A DNA stretch of 64,000 nt from Verrucomicrobiales bacterium. GTDB taxonomy: Bacteria > Verrucomicrobiota > Verrucomicrobiia > Verrucomicrobiales > SLCJ01. The translations under genes and the position numbers were made by a program. The stretch spans positions 1 to 64,000 of the forward strand of contig JBJTQJ010000119.1 in assembly GCA_046075565.1 (NCBI GenBank), written 5' to 3'. This document shows, piece by piece, positions 47,639-57,878 of this stretch (the stretch's first letter is position 1; each line of letters opens with the position of its first letter). The notes beneath the pieces were generated by a model, which ran no database searches, was not told where the DNA came from, and worked only from the letters and a program-made list of their open reading frames with translations.

Positions 47639-50416
47639 ATGAAGATTTCTCTCGCCTTACTGATCCTCGCAACCCACGCGTTGGTCGCCGCCGTTGAGCC
47701 CGTCGAGCTCCGTTGTGAATACCACGCCAATCCTGCCGCCATCGGAACCACTGAGCCGCGTTTCTCCTGGAAGCTCCGCTCCTCCGATCCCGAAGCCCGC
47801 GGTCTCGTGCAGACGGCCTACGAAATCGAGGTTTTGTCGGAGAACTCCGATACCAAGGGCAAACCGCTCTGGTCATCCGGCAAAGTGGAATCGAATCAAA
47901 CCGACCAGATTGTGTGGAAAGGGGAGCCGTTGGGTTCGCGTGACCGCGCCACATGGAAGGTGCGGGTATGGGATGGGAGCCAGAAGGCGCCCGCATGGAG
48001 CCAACCCGCGTCCTTCGGTGTGGGCTTGCTCGCGCCCGAAGACTGGCAGGCTCTCTGGATCAGCGCGCCCAAAGATGAATCCTTCACCACCCGTGAGAAC
48101 ATCCAGAATTTCGTCAATGACCCGAAGCGCGGCGTGCTTACCGTCACGCCAGCGAAATACCTGCGTAAGGAATTTGCCACGAAAGCAATTGCCCGCGCGA
48201 CCGTGCACGCGACCGCGTTGGGGGTCTTCACCCTCGAGATCAATGGTCAACGGGTTTCCGACGAACGACTCGCCCCCGGCTGGTCGGCTTATCAGCGCCG
48301 CATCCATTCTACGACCTATGATGTTACCAAACTGCTCAAGGAAGGCGACAATGCCATCGGTGCGACCCTGGCCGATGGCTGGTATTCCGGTTATGTTGCC
48401 TACGGCTTGCTCACCGGTCAGGAAGGACTCGTGCCGGGTCTCGATGGCCGCTATTATTATGGCATCTCTCCGGCTGTTAGAGTTCAACTCGAAATCGAGC
48501 TGGCCGACGGAGCCAGGCAAACCATCATCACGGATACGAGTTGGAAATCCTCGACCGGACCGATCACCGAGTCGGATATCCTGATGGGTGAATCCTACGA
48601 CGCCCGCAAGGAGATACCGGGCTGGTCAACTCCCGGTTTTGATGACTCCTCATGGGCCCAGGCGGTCGTGAAAACCGGTAGCCATGCCAAAGTCGAACCC
48701 CATCCCGGGGTGCCCGTGCGCACCATCGAGGAGATTTCTCCGAAGTCGGTCACCGAACACAAGCCCGGTGTCTTCATCTTCGACCTCGGGCAGAATATTT
48801 CCGGTGTTGTCCGGCTCAAGGTCAAGGGCAAAGCCGGTGACAAAGTGACGATCCGGCATGCGGAAATGCTCCACAATGATGGGCGTCTCAGCACGGAAAA
48901 CCTCCGATGTGCCCGTGCCGTCGACACCTACACTCTCAAAGGTGATCCACAGGGCGAGATCTGGACGCCGGAGTTCACCTATCATGGGTTCCAATTCGTC
49001 GAGCTGACGGGCTTTCCTGGCACACCCGACAAGGATGCCGTCACTGGAATCGTCATTCATTCGGACACTCCTTACCACGGTCACTTCGAGTGCTCGGACC
49101 CCATGCTCAATCGTCTTTACCAGAACATGGTCTGGACACAACGCGCGAACTTCTTCGAGATGCCGACCGATTGTCCGCAGCGCGATGAACGTATGGGCTG
49201 GACCGGTGACGCGCAAATTTACGTGCGTGCCGCCACCTTCAATTCCGACATCGCTTCCTTCTACACGAAATGGCTGCGCGATCTCAACGACGACCAATGG
49301 GACTACGGCGCTTATCCGGCCTATGCGCCACGTCCGCTGGCCCGCCCGAACGAACACCATGCCGCCGGCTGGATGGACGCCGGGATCATTTGCCCGTGGA
49401 CGATCTGGCAGGTCTATGGCGACACGCGTGTGATCACCGAACACTGGAAGAAGATGCAGGACTTCATGGCCTGGCGGAAACTCCGCGACCCTGAACTCGA
49501 CGGAGCGACCGACGACTGCAACTTCGGCGACTGGCTTTCCCTCGGCAATGTGAAGACGCCGATCCAGTTCATCGATTTGGCCTATCATTCTTACTGCGCC
49601 AAACTCATGGCCGAAATGGCGGAAGCCATCGGGCAGAAAAAACAAGCGGATGACTACCGCAAACACGCCGAGAAGGTCGCGAACGCTTTCCGGAAAATTT
49701 ATCTCAAGCCCGATGGTTCGCTCACCATCCACAACCAGACCGCCTATGCGATGGCCCTCTTCATGGGCATCATCCCCGAAGAGGGGAAATCCGCCGCCGC
49801 CAACCACCTTGCCAAGTTGATCAATGACAATGGAAACAAGATGACCACCGGCTTTCTCGGCACCCGCCCGCTCCTGCCCGCGCTCTCGGCCCATGGTCAT
49901 CATGATCTCGCCGGCATCCTCATGCTTCAGCGTGAGTTTCCGAGTTGGGGTTATGAGGTAGACAACGGTGCCACCACCATATGGGAACGCTGGAACTCGT
50001 ATGTCAAAGGCAAGGGCGTGCACACGCCGGAGATGAACTCATTTTCCCACTATGCCTTTGGTGCGGTTTGTGAATGGATGATGTCCGAACTCGGCGGCAT
50101 TGATCGTGCCGCTCCCGGGTTTGATCGCGCTCGCATCGCACCGCGGCCCATTGCCGGCATCACCTCCGCTTCCGCGGGTATGGAAACCCGCCATGGAAAA
50201 CTCGCCTGCTCATGGAAAATCGATGGCGACACCTTCCATGTTGAACTCACCGTGCCGCCCAATACCACCGCCGATGTCGTGCTCCCGGTGACGGGTCCCA
50301 TCCGGGAAGGCAAGGCAGACCTTGTGCTCACGAAGGGCGTGCTGGATCATAAGGAAAAGCACCTCACCATTGGCTCGGGAACCTATCGCCTGAGCGGGAA
50401 ATTCCAGCAAGAGTGA
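47639..50416 (+). CDS. GH78 alpha-L-rhamnosidase
   Basis: Signal peptide; LRCEY, FDLGQN, FTYHGFQFVE, PTDCPQRDERMGWTGD, GATTIWERWN, SFSHYAFG. Confidence 0.95.
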   Translation: MKISLALLILATHALVAAVEPVELRCEYHANPAAIGTTEPRFSWKLRSSDPEARGLVQTAYEIEVLSENSDTKGKPLWSSGKVESNQTDQIVWKGEPLGSRDRATWKVRVWDGSQKAPAWSQPASFGVGLLAPEDWQALWISAPKDESFTTRENIQNFVNDPKRGVLTVTPAKYLRKEFATKAIARATVHATALGVFTLEINGQRVSDERLAPGWSAYQRRIHSTTYDVTKLLKEGDNAIGATLADGWYSGYVAYGLLTGQEGLVPGLDGRYYYGISPAVRVQLEIELADGARQTIITDTSWKSSTGPITESDILMGESYDARKEIPGWSTPGFDDSSWAQAVVKTGSHAKVEPHPGVPVRTIEEISPKSVTEHKPGVFIFDLGQNISGVVRLKVKGKAGDKVTIRHAEMLHNDGRLSTENLRCARAVDTYTLKGDPQGEIWTPEFTYHGFQFVELTGFPGTPDKDAVTGIVIHSDTPYHGHFECSDPMLNRLYQNMVWTQRANFFEMPTDCPQRDERMGWTGDAQIYVRAATFNSDIASFYTKWLRDLNDDQWDYGAYPAYAPRPLARPNEHHAAGWMDAGIICPWTIWQVYGDTRVITEHWKKMQDFMAWRKLRDPELDGATDDCNFGDWLSLGNVKTPIQFIDLAYHSYCAKLMAEMAEAIGQKKQADDYRKHAEKVANAFRKIYLKPDGSLTIHNQTAYAMALFMGIIPEEGKSAAANHLAKLINDNGNKMTTGFLGTRPLLPALSAHGHHDLAGILMLQREFPSWGYEVDNGATTIWERWNSYVKGKGVHTPEMNSFSHYAFGAVCEWMMSELGGIDRAAPGFDRARIAPRPIAGITSASAGMETRHGKLACSWKIDGDTFHVELTVPPNTTADVVLPVTGPIREGKADLVLTKGVLDHKEKHLTIGSGTYRLSGKFQQE

Positions 50417-50720
50417 AGCCCCATTATTCAATGCTCTATCAGCTTGGCGCATGCGACTTACCACGAGAAGTTTGAGATGTGCGGACTAGCCATCTCGCGG
50501 GGATTGCCCTATCCCAAAGGGATTGTGGCCCGGGCTGTGAGACAGAACCCCGTTGGGGTTCAATCCTTGCCTATCTCTGAGCCATCAAACGCCCTCCAGA
50601 GACCTGTCCTGTGCTATCCAGACATGACGGTCCCGGTGCGTGGAGACACAACCGGTGGCAAGAAGGCAGAGTGCGTTGAGAAGCAGGGCGAGGGATGCTC
50701 GTGCCATGGCCTCTTCGCCT

Positions 50721-51392
50721 TCACTTCTCCAGCTCGGTCATTTCGACTTTGCGGAACTCGACTTCCACGCCTTCGGCTTGGAGGGCGATTTTACCCTTGC
50801 TGGCGGTGGACTTGAAGCCGTGGTTCACGAGGGTGCCATTCACATGGACCTTGACCTCGTCGCCTTTGCATTCGATTTCCATGGTGTTCCATTCGCCCAC
50901 GGGTTTCTCCGAATCGTCGGTGAGGTTGATGATACGGCGGGCGTCTTTGGCTGTGCCACCGTAGGCCTGACCTTCTTTGCGCGGACGGCGTTTCTCCATG
51001 TCAGGCACCTCGATATTCTCGCCGATGCACCAGAAATCACCGGCGTTTTGGGACATCATCTGCACCTCAATGGATTTCGGGAACATGTTGTGGAGCACCC
51101 GCGGGGTGGAGGCGTGGACGAGGACGCCGCAATTACCTGGGCCATTCACGAAGCGGTATTCGACCACCAGTTTGTAGTCGGAGTATTCGGCATCCGTGAT
51201 GAGGTGGCCGCCTGGCTTGCCCATGCTGACGAGCTTGCCATCGCGCACAATGAACGATGGGGGCACATCCGGCTTTTTGTCCGCCTCCGGCACGTCGACG
51301 TGCCAGCCGGTCAGGTCTTTGCCATTAAATAGGCTCTTCGGTTCGGCAGTGGCTACTGCCGCCAGCAGGAAAAAAGGGATAATCGCACGCAT
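50721..51392 (-). CDS. DUF1080 (3-keto-disaccharide hydrolase/hydratase family)
   Basis: Signal peptide; LFNGKDLTGW, GNCG, EVQ, GEWN, VNG, IALQAEG..VEFRK. Confidence 0.9.
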   Translation of the reverse strand: MRAIIPFFLLAAVATAEPKSLFNGKDLTGWHVDVPEADKKPDVPPSFIVRDGKLVSMGKPGGHLITDAEYSDYKLVVEYRFVNGPGNCGVLVHASTPRVLHNMFPKSIEVQMMSQNAGDFWCIGENIEVPDMEKRRPRKEGQAYGGTAKDARRIINLTDDSEKPVGEWNTMEIECKGDEVKVHVNGTLVNHGFKSTASKGKIALQAEGVEVEFRKVEMTELEK

Positions 51393-51528
51393 GGCACCCG
51401 ATACGCCAATCCCACGCCCCCGCCAAGCGGATTTTGCCGGTTTTCCCCCATCTCATGCGGGAAAAAGCGGAAAATCCGCCCACAGATCCGGCTTGCCAGC
51501 ACTGGCGGGTGGGGTTTTCCTTAGGGCG

Positions 51529-52563
51529 ATGGAATACTCCGAACTCCAACGCCTCTACAATCTCCCCCTTTTCGACCTGCTCACCCGCGCGCGCGCCGTA
51601 CACGAGCAACACTGGCCGAAACGCGAAATCCAGCTTTGCACCCTGCTTTCCATCAAAACCGGCGGCTGCTCGGAAGATTGCTCGTATTGCGCCCAATCCG
51701 CCCGTTACCAGACGGATGTGCAGCGGGAGGCCCTCATGTCGAAGGAAGGCGTGCTCGTGCGCGCCCGGATGGCCAAGGAAAATGGATCGACCCGATTCTG
51801 TATGGGTGCGGCGTGGAAAGGTGTCACCATGGGCACTCCGAAATTCGACCAGGTGCTCGATATCGTGCGTGAAGTCGCGGCCCTCAACATGGAAGTGTGC
51901 GTAACGCTCGGGGAAATCGGTTCCGAAGAAGCCCATGCCCTGCGTGATGCCGGCGTCACCGCCTACAACCACAACATCGATACTTCGCCGGAGTATTATC
52001 CGAACATCGTCACCAGCCACACTTTTCAAGACCGCCTCAACACCATCCGTCATGCCCAGGACGCCGGAATGTCGGTCTGTTGCGGCGGCATCCTCGGCCT
52101 TGGTGAATCAACCGAAGACCGCCTGCGTATGCTCGAGGTGTTGTCGAGTTTCAATCCGCCGCCGGAATCGGTGCCCATCAACGCGCTCATGCCGATGCGT
52201 GGCACGCCATTGGAGGAAAATGCTCCTGTTGATGTCTTCGACCTCGTGCGCATGATTGCGCTCGCCCGTATCGCCGTGCCGAAGTCGAAAGTCCGCCTCT
52301 CGGCCGGCCGCACCAACCTGAGCCGAGAAGGCCAGGCCCTTTGCTTCTTCGCGGGAGCCAACTCGATTTTCTACGGAGACAAATTGCTCACCGCCGCCAA
52401 TCCGCAAAGCCAGCAGGACCTCGCCCTCATCGCCGAACTCGGGCTCAGTCCGCAAGCTCCTGATCCTTCCCTGATGGCCCCGCCCGTCAATCCCGATCTG
52501 CCCGCCGGACCGGAATTGCTCGAGCCTGCCCACGCAGGATGTGGATGCGGATGCGCGCATTGA
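51529..52563 (+). CDS. bioB: Biotin synthase
   Basis: KTGGCSEDCSYCAQS, RFCMGAAW, YNHNIDT, ESVPIN, GANSIFYG. Confidence 0.97.
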   Translation: MEYSELQRLYNLPLFDLLTRARAVHEQHWPKREIQLCTLLSIKTGGCSEDCSYCAQSARYQTDVQREALMSKEGVLVRARMAKENGSTRFCMGAAWKGVTMGTPKFDQVLDIVREVAALNMEVCVTLGEIGSEEAHALRDAGVTAYNHNIDTSPEYYPNIVTSHTFQDRLNTIRHAQDAGMSVCCGGILGLGESTEDRLRMLEVLSSFNPPPESVPINALMPMRGTPLEENAPVDVFDLVRMIALARIAVPKSKVRLSAGRTNLSREGQALCFFAGANSIFYGDKLLTAANPQSQQDLALIAELGLSPQAPDPSLMAPPVNPDLPAGPELLEPAHAGCGCGCAH

Positions 52564-52595
52564 TGATGGGGAAAGGTGATTCTTGCCTCCCTCTC

Positions 52596-53120
52596 CAAAG
52601 CGGTGTCGCCCCCGACAGGTCGGGGTTGCCTCCGCACTCCACACAAGTGCTCTTTCGGTGGCAATTCTGCGCCTCGAGATACCGATTGCCCGCCACGCCG
52701 GGTGCCATCATCCCGAACAAGTCGCTTAACTTGACGGGCATGCCCAACGTGGAACGCGGTTCGCAGCCAGAACACTCGTTCTTTTCTCGACAAAAAGGGA
52801 GTCCGGGCGTCCCGCCTGGAACTTGTCCCGTTCACGGGCAGGATGCCCGTGATCCCTTTTCGGCAAATGACACCGCAACTCCTCCGCCATGGCCCATCGC
52901 TCGAGCGAGCTACGGACACGACCCTGCGGGATCGTGTCCCTCCCTGGATGGAAAGGCGGGGATCCGCGTTCAAACCTCGGCATTTTTCTGGACGATTTTC
53001 CTTTGCTTTGATCCTTAACTTGACGCGCATGCCGGACAGGTCGGGGTTGCACCGCACTCCGAAACTTGTGCTTGTGCAGCGGCGGTATTGGACTGCGCCG
53101 ACAACGGCGGCGCTTTCCGG
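52596..53120. repeat. Nested REP-like repeat cluster
   Basis: GACAGGTCGGGGTTGC..CCGCACTCC at about 52614 and 53035; CTTAACTTGACG(G/C)GCATGCC at 52725 and 53014; inverted copy of the 3192-3354 unit at 52788-52952. Confidence 0.75.
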
Positions 53121-53201
53121 GATGGCGTGCCTTCCGCCAAAACGGCAACTCCCATGGCCTCTCGATTGAACGACCAGTCGAATCATGCTATGACTCCCCC
53201 C

Positions 53202-54125
53202 ATGCAGAGACGTCCCTTTCTTTTATCCCTCGCCGCCGCCGTCTTCGGCCCAGTGGCTTGTGGGCCACGTTCCGCTCCAACAACCGCCGTGCAAGGGCAA
53301 GGACTTTCCCTTGCCACGCGATTCCGCGGGCTTGAGCGCTTTCAGGCGCTATCGGCGCGCGCGAGTTCGGAAAACTGGGCCGCTTTGCCGGGCGGCGAAC
53401 GAGTCGTCTCCATCGCACGTGCGCTTCGTGGCACGCCCTATGTGAATTGGACGTTGGAGATCGATGAACGCATCGAAGCGCCTTCGGTCAATCTCCTCGG
53501 CCTTGATTGTTGGACGGCTTACGAAATCCCTCTGGCCTTCGCGAGGATGATCGGGCAAAAGCCTGCGCCATGGCAGCCGGAAGATCTTCTCGCTTGGATC
53601 GAAGCCGAACGCTATCGCGGCGGAAAATGCGACGGCACCTATTTGTCACGGATGCATTACCTTGAGGAAGTCTTCTACGACAACCAACGGCGCGGCCTCG
53701 CCACCAATATCACTCCGAGTTTGCCCGGAGCGCAACGCATGCAACGCGACATCACCGACATGAGCAATGGTTGGCGAAGCTACCGGATGATGCGGGCCAA
53801 CCCGAATCTCGTGCCCCGCATCGCGAAAATGGAGCGCCGGGTTTCCGCTTTGCCCGTCTGGCATGTGCCGAAGGCCCGCGTTGCTGCCATCGAACCGCTT
53901 TTGCGTGCTGGCGACATTCTCGCAATCACGGGATACTGGAAGGGCAGCTACACCAGCCACGTTGGTCTCGCTGTTCCCGCGCCCGGCGGCACCTGCCGGT
54001 TCCTGCACGCGACTTCCGAACATTCCAAAGGACGCCAAGTCATTCTCGACGCAAGGATCTCGCAGTATCTCGCCGAAAATTCATCCCGTGCCGGTGTGAT
54101 CGTATGCCGACCAAGAGTTGGCTGA
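53202..54125 (+). CDS. DUF1460 N-acetylmuramoyl-L-alanine amidase-like protein (NlpC/P60 fold)
   Basis: RRPFL...PVAC export signal; GTPYV.WTLE, LDCWT, RYRGG, SRMHY, SHVG, FLHA. Confidence 0.85.
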   Translation: MQRRPFLLSLAAAVFGPVACGPRSAPTTAVQGQGLSLATRFRGLERFQALSARASSENWAALPGGERVVSIARALRGTPYVNWTLEIDERIEAPSVNLLGLDCWTAYEIPLAFARMIGQKPAPWQPEDLLAWIEAERYRGGKCDGTYLSRMHYLEEVFYDNQRRGLATNITPSLPGAQRMQRDITDMSNGWRSYRMMRANPNLVPRIAKMERRVSALPVWHVPKARVAAIEPLLRAGDILAITGYWKGSYTSHVGLAVPAPGGTCRFLHATSEHSKGRQVILDARISQYLAENSSRAGVIVCRPRVG

Positions 54126-54145
54126 AACGACATACCGGAATCAAA

Positions 54146-54395
54146 GGAGCACGGGCATCTTGCCCAATACTCATGGTTTAGCACTCGAAATGGCAAAGAC
54201 TGGTCAGATTTCCGGGCAAGACCGGGCCTACTTCGCCAAGGCTTCGAAGGCTTCAACGGTCTTGCTACGACTCCGATGGATGCTCACAGGCCATTTGCCC
54301 TTGGGTTTCCACGTCAAGCGTAGCAAGAGCGTCTCGCTCTTGCCTCCCAAGGACTTGAACAACGATAACCCGGAAGACCAAGATGCCCGTGCTCC
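54146..54395. repeat. REPIN/MITE-like element bounded by inverted REP-like repeats
   Basis: GGAGCACGGGCATCTTG (54146) / CAAGATGCCCGTGCTCC (54379-54395); internal GTAGCAAGAGCGTCTCGCTCTTGC (54320) with inverted mate CTTGCTAC (54261). Confidence 0.7.
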
Positions 54396-54450
54396 ATTGC
54401 AAAAGGCAAGCCTGCTAACAATCGCACGCCAGAGGCTGGGACCTTTTTGA

Positions 54451-55500
54451 TCAAACACCGAACATGCGTTTCACCGACTCGCGTTTGAGGGCGAGTTCGC
54501 GCCATTCGCGCGCGGGATCACTTTCGGCGATGAACCCGCATCCACTGGGTAACAAAACCTCATCACCACGCCAGCAGATGTGACGGATGCCCACGACACC
54601 GTGAAAGGCATCGCCGAGCCGCACCCCGAAGGGCGCGCCGAACCGGCGGGGTGTGCCGAGGCGTCTCCGGCATTCGGCTAACAAATGAAGATTTTCCGGG
54701 CTTCGCGGCAACACGCCCAACGCGGGTGTGGGATGCAAGAGTGCGATGAGTTCACCGATGGAAGGCGCTGCTCCAAAGAGTTTCACGCGCAGATCGGAGC
54801 GGAAATGCACGAGCGAACCCAAGGGAAGCAACTCGCGAGGATGGCGTTCGACTTCCCCGAGATTGGCGAGCGCGGCCATGAGGTATTCGGCGACCAGTTC
54901 ATGCTCGCGGATTTCCTTAGGGTTGATGGTGAAGGGTTCGGCGCGTTCAATCGGCGCAGTGCCGGCGAGCGCCATCGTCTCGAGGATTCCATTTTCAATC
55001 GAGAAGAGGCGTTCCGGCGTCGCGCCGACAAGCCCGCGATCCGAGATCCGGTAGGCGTAACTCCAGTAGATGGACGGCAAACCCGGCAGCGCGCGGGCGA
55101 GCGCGTCGAGGCGTCCGCCGAGCAAACGGCCGACCTCGGTGACGACCGGCACGATTTTCAAAAATTGCCCGGCATCGAGCCCGCGCCGCAATTCCCCGCA
55201 GAGTGATTCCCACTGTCGTTGACCGGGCGGATCCCATCCGATTTCCGGAGCTTCTCCGCTGATCGTTTCGGTGAGGGAAGCGAGGTCGTCGGCGATCCAG
55301 AAATCCGATGGTTGTTTCCACGGCGCGGGGTCGGCCAATTCGAAATCATTGGCGTAGAAGCAGGGCACACCATCGGGAGGCGGCTCCGCGAGGGTGGCGA
55401 ATGGCCCGCGACCGATACAAAATCCGACGCCCGGAACCCGCAGGAAAGCAAAGTCCTCGGACGAGGCAATCGCTTGGGGGTTGGAATCCGGTGGAGGCAC
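54451..55500 (-). CDS. Chorismate-binding enzyme, isochorismate synthase (MenF)-like
   Basis: GATPERL, MALAGT, KEIREHELV, LHPTPALG, IR, GCGFIAESDP..EWREL..K. Confidence 0.8.
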   Translation of the reverse strand: MPPPDSNPQAIASSEDFAFLRVPGVGFCIGRGPFATLAEPPPDGVPCFYANDFELADPAPWKQPSDFWIADDLASLTETISGEAPEIGWDPPGQRQWESLCGELRRGLDAGQFLKIVPVVTEVGRLLGGRLDALARALPGLPSIYWSYAYRISDRGLVGATPERLFSIENGILETMALAGTAPIERAEPFTINPKEIREHELVAEYLMAALANLGEVERHPRELLPLGSLVHFRSDLRVKLFGAAPSIGELIALLHPTPALGVLPRSPENLHLLAECRRRLGTPRRFGAPFGVRLGDAFHGVVGIRHICWRGDEVLLPSGCGFIAESDPAREWRELALKRESVKRMFGV

Positions 55501-55531
55501 GATTGCTATACGCCGGCGGCGCGGGTCTAGG

Positions 55532-56773
55532 TCACTTGATGGCGGCCCGTTTCAGCATCGAATACTCGGAACGGTTGAAGTCCACGTATTCGGGCGAGAG
55601 GTCTGAGGTATAGACGGTGTATTCGGCGTCGCCCAGATGCAGATCGATGCGGATGGTGAACGATGGATTCTCGACCACCTTGCGCAGCTCTTCGAGCGGT
55701 GTCGAGGATGCCAGTCCACCGCGCGTGGCGGCGACTCCGCCGAAGTAAATGTCGATCAATTCCTCTCGCACGTGGGCGCGGGCGTAGCCGATGGCATCCA
55801 TGATGCGGCCCCAATTGGCATCGCCGCCATTCCATGAACATTTGCAGAGGGAAGATTTGGCGACGGACTCAGCCACCTTGCGGGCATCGAGCCAGGTGGC
55901 CGCCCCCTGCACTTGCACTTCGACGAACTTCGTCACCCGTTCGCCATCGGAGACAATAGCCTTGGCCAATTTCAACATCACCTCGTTGAGGGCCTCGCGG
56001 AAAAGTTTCTCGTCGCTGGAGCCGGGTTCAATCGATTTGTTACCTGCTTCGCCATTGGCGAGCACGATCACGGTGTCATTCGTGCTCATGTCGCCGTCGA
56101 TGGTGATGCGATTGAAAGACTGTTCGACGGCAACTTGCACGGCCTTCTGCAAGGCGGCTTTGCTGATGGCGGCATCGGTGGTCACAAAACACAACATGGT
56201 TGCCATACTCGGGCAAATCATACCCGCGCCTTTCGCGCAACCCGCGATGGTCACGGATTTTCCCCCGAGAGTGAAACGCACCGCTGTTTCCTTCGGGCGA
56301 GTATCGCTGGTCATGATGGCGCGGGCGACATCCGGTCCGCCATCGGGTGTCATGGCCGCGCAGATTTCCGGGATGCGGTGCTCGATGCGATCCATGGGTA
56401 GGGGCAGGCCGATGATGCCGGTTGAACAAACCGCGACCTGGCGCTGGCGCAAGCCGAGCGCTTTGGCGGTCGCGCGCACCATGGTTTTGGCGTCCGTGAT
56501 TCCGATCGGTCCGGTGCAGGCATTGGCATTGCCGCTGTTGGCAATGATGGCTTGCACGTCGTCGCGGCGCAAATGTTCCTGTGAAACCCGCACGGGCGCG
56601 GCCTTGACCTTGTTGGTGGTGAAGGCACCTGCCGAGACACAGAGAGCAACCGAACGCAGCACCGTCATGTCGAGGCGCGGCTTTGTCGGGTCCTTGATGC
56701 CGCACCCGGCGGCGGCGGCGATGAAGCCACGGGGCGTGGTCACCCCTCCGGGAATCGTTTCGGTATGGGCCAT
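55532..56773 (-). CDS. argJ: Ornithine acetyltransferase ArgJ
   Basis: FTTNKVKAAPV, NSGNANA, STGIIG, AKGAGMICPSMATML, DGDMSTND, DANWGR. Confidence 0.96.
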   Translation of the reverse strand: MAHTETIPGGVTTPRGFIAAAAGCGIKDPTKPRLDMTVLRSVALCVSAGAFTTNKVKAAPVRVSQEHLRRDDVQAIIANSGNANACTGPIGITDAKTMVRATAKALGLRQRQVAVCSTGIIGLPLPMDRIEHRIPEICAAMTPDGGPDVARAIMTSDTRPKETAVRFTLGGKSVTIAGCAKGAGMICPSMATMLCFVTTDAAISKAALQKAVQVAVEQSFNRITIDGDMSTNDTVIVLANGEAGNKSIEPGSSDEKLFREALNEVMLKLAKAIVSDGERVTKFVEVQVQGAATWLDARKVAESVAKSSLCKCSWNGGDANWGRIMDAIGYARAHVREELIDIYFGGVAATRGGLASSTPLEELRKVVENPSFTIRIDLHLGDAEYTVYTSDLSPEYVDFNRSEYSMLKRAAIK

Positions 56774-56825
56774 GGTGCGAGGCAGGTTGGGAGCGATGGC
56801 GGCGGGTTGTGACACCCGATCCAGC

Positions 56826-57878
56826 TCAATGTTGGCCCAGTCCGGTGGTTTCGTCCAGCCCGAGCATGAGGTTGAGGCATTGCACGGCCTGGCTGGACGC
56901 GCCTTTCCAGAGATTGTCTTCCGCGCTGAAGAGCAAAACGCGGTTCGCGCGAGTGTCGAAAGACCACCCGATGTCGATGAACCGCGAACGGGTGACATGC
57001 CGGGTGTCCGGACATTGGTCGCGACCAAGCAAACGCACGGCGGGTTTGCCCGTGTAGGCCGATTCAAGTGCGGCACCGATGGCGGAAGGATCGGTTAGAT
57101 TTCCCGCCGGCTCCGCGATGATGGTGGTGGCGATGCCAGCCGTCACCGGAATCAGATGTGGGACAAAGGTGATCACGACACCGGTTCCGGCGGCGAGGGA
57201 GAGTTCCTGTTCGATCTCGCTGAGGTGGCGGTGTTTCGGCACACCGTAGGCGCGGGCGCTTTCGTTACATTCGGCGAAGAGCAGGGGCAAGGATTCCTTG
57301 CGCCCGGCACCGCTGACGCCGCTCATGCTGGCCACGCTGATGCCGACCGGTGATACGAGGCCCGCTTTGAGCAGCGGGATGAGGGGCAGAAGGATACTGG
57401 TTGGATAACAACCGGGTGCAGCGATCAAATCCGCGCCGCGGATTGCCTCCGGGCGCACTTCCGGCAATCCGTAAACCGCTTTGGCCAGCAATTCCGGAGC
57501 CGGATGCGGGTGATCATAGAATTCCTCATACACTTCCGGTGAGCGCAGGCGGAAATCCGCGCTCAGGTCGATCACTTTTTTGCCCGCCGCGAGCAAGGGA
57601 ATGGCGTGCCCGGCCGCGACTCCATGCGGAAGCGCGAGAAAGGCCGTCTCGATGGAAGGATTGGCGGCCAGTTCCTCCGGAGCTGGCGCGGTGAAGCGTA
57701 ATGTCTCCGCTGAACCGAGCCCTCGGAAGCGCGGAAAAACCTCCGCTACCGATTTCCCGGCGAACTGGCGCGAGGTCACGACCCGCAAGTCCACGGCGGG
57801 ATGCTGGAGGAGAACGCGGAGCAGCTCGATACCGGAGTATCCGCTCGCCCCGACTACGGCGACGGGATGGCGATTCAT
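56826..57878 (-). CDS. argC: N-acetyl-gamma-glutamyl-phosphate reductase
   Basis: GASGYSG, LALPHG, DLSADFR, APGCYPT, SGVSGAG, HRH, DNLWKGA. Confidence 0.96.
   Translation of the reverse strand: MNRHPVAVVGASGYSGIELLRVLLQHPAVDLRVVTSRQFAGKSVAEVFPRFRGLGSAETLRFTAPAPEELAANPSIETAFLALPHGVAAGHAIPLLAAGKKVIDLSADFRLRSPEVYEEFYDHPHPAPELLAKAVYGLPEVRPEAIRGADLIAAPGCYPTSILLPLIPLLKAGLVSPVGISVASMSGVSGAGRKESLPLLFAECNESARAYGVPKHRHLSEIEQELSLAAGTGVVITFVPHLIPVTAGIATTIIAEPAGNLTDPSAIGAALESAYTGKPAVRLLGRDQCPDTRHVTRSRFIDIGWSFDTRANRVLLFSAEDNLWKGASSQAVQCLNLMLGLDETTGLGQH

Noticed and set aside
50500-50565. ATCCCAAAGGGAT and AACCCCGTTGGGGTT palindromes
   Set aside because: Probably remnants of another repeat family; too short and single-copy here to define.
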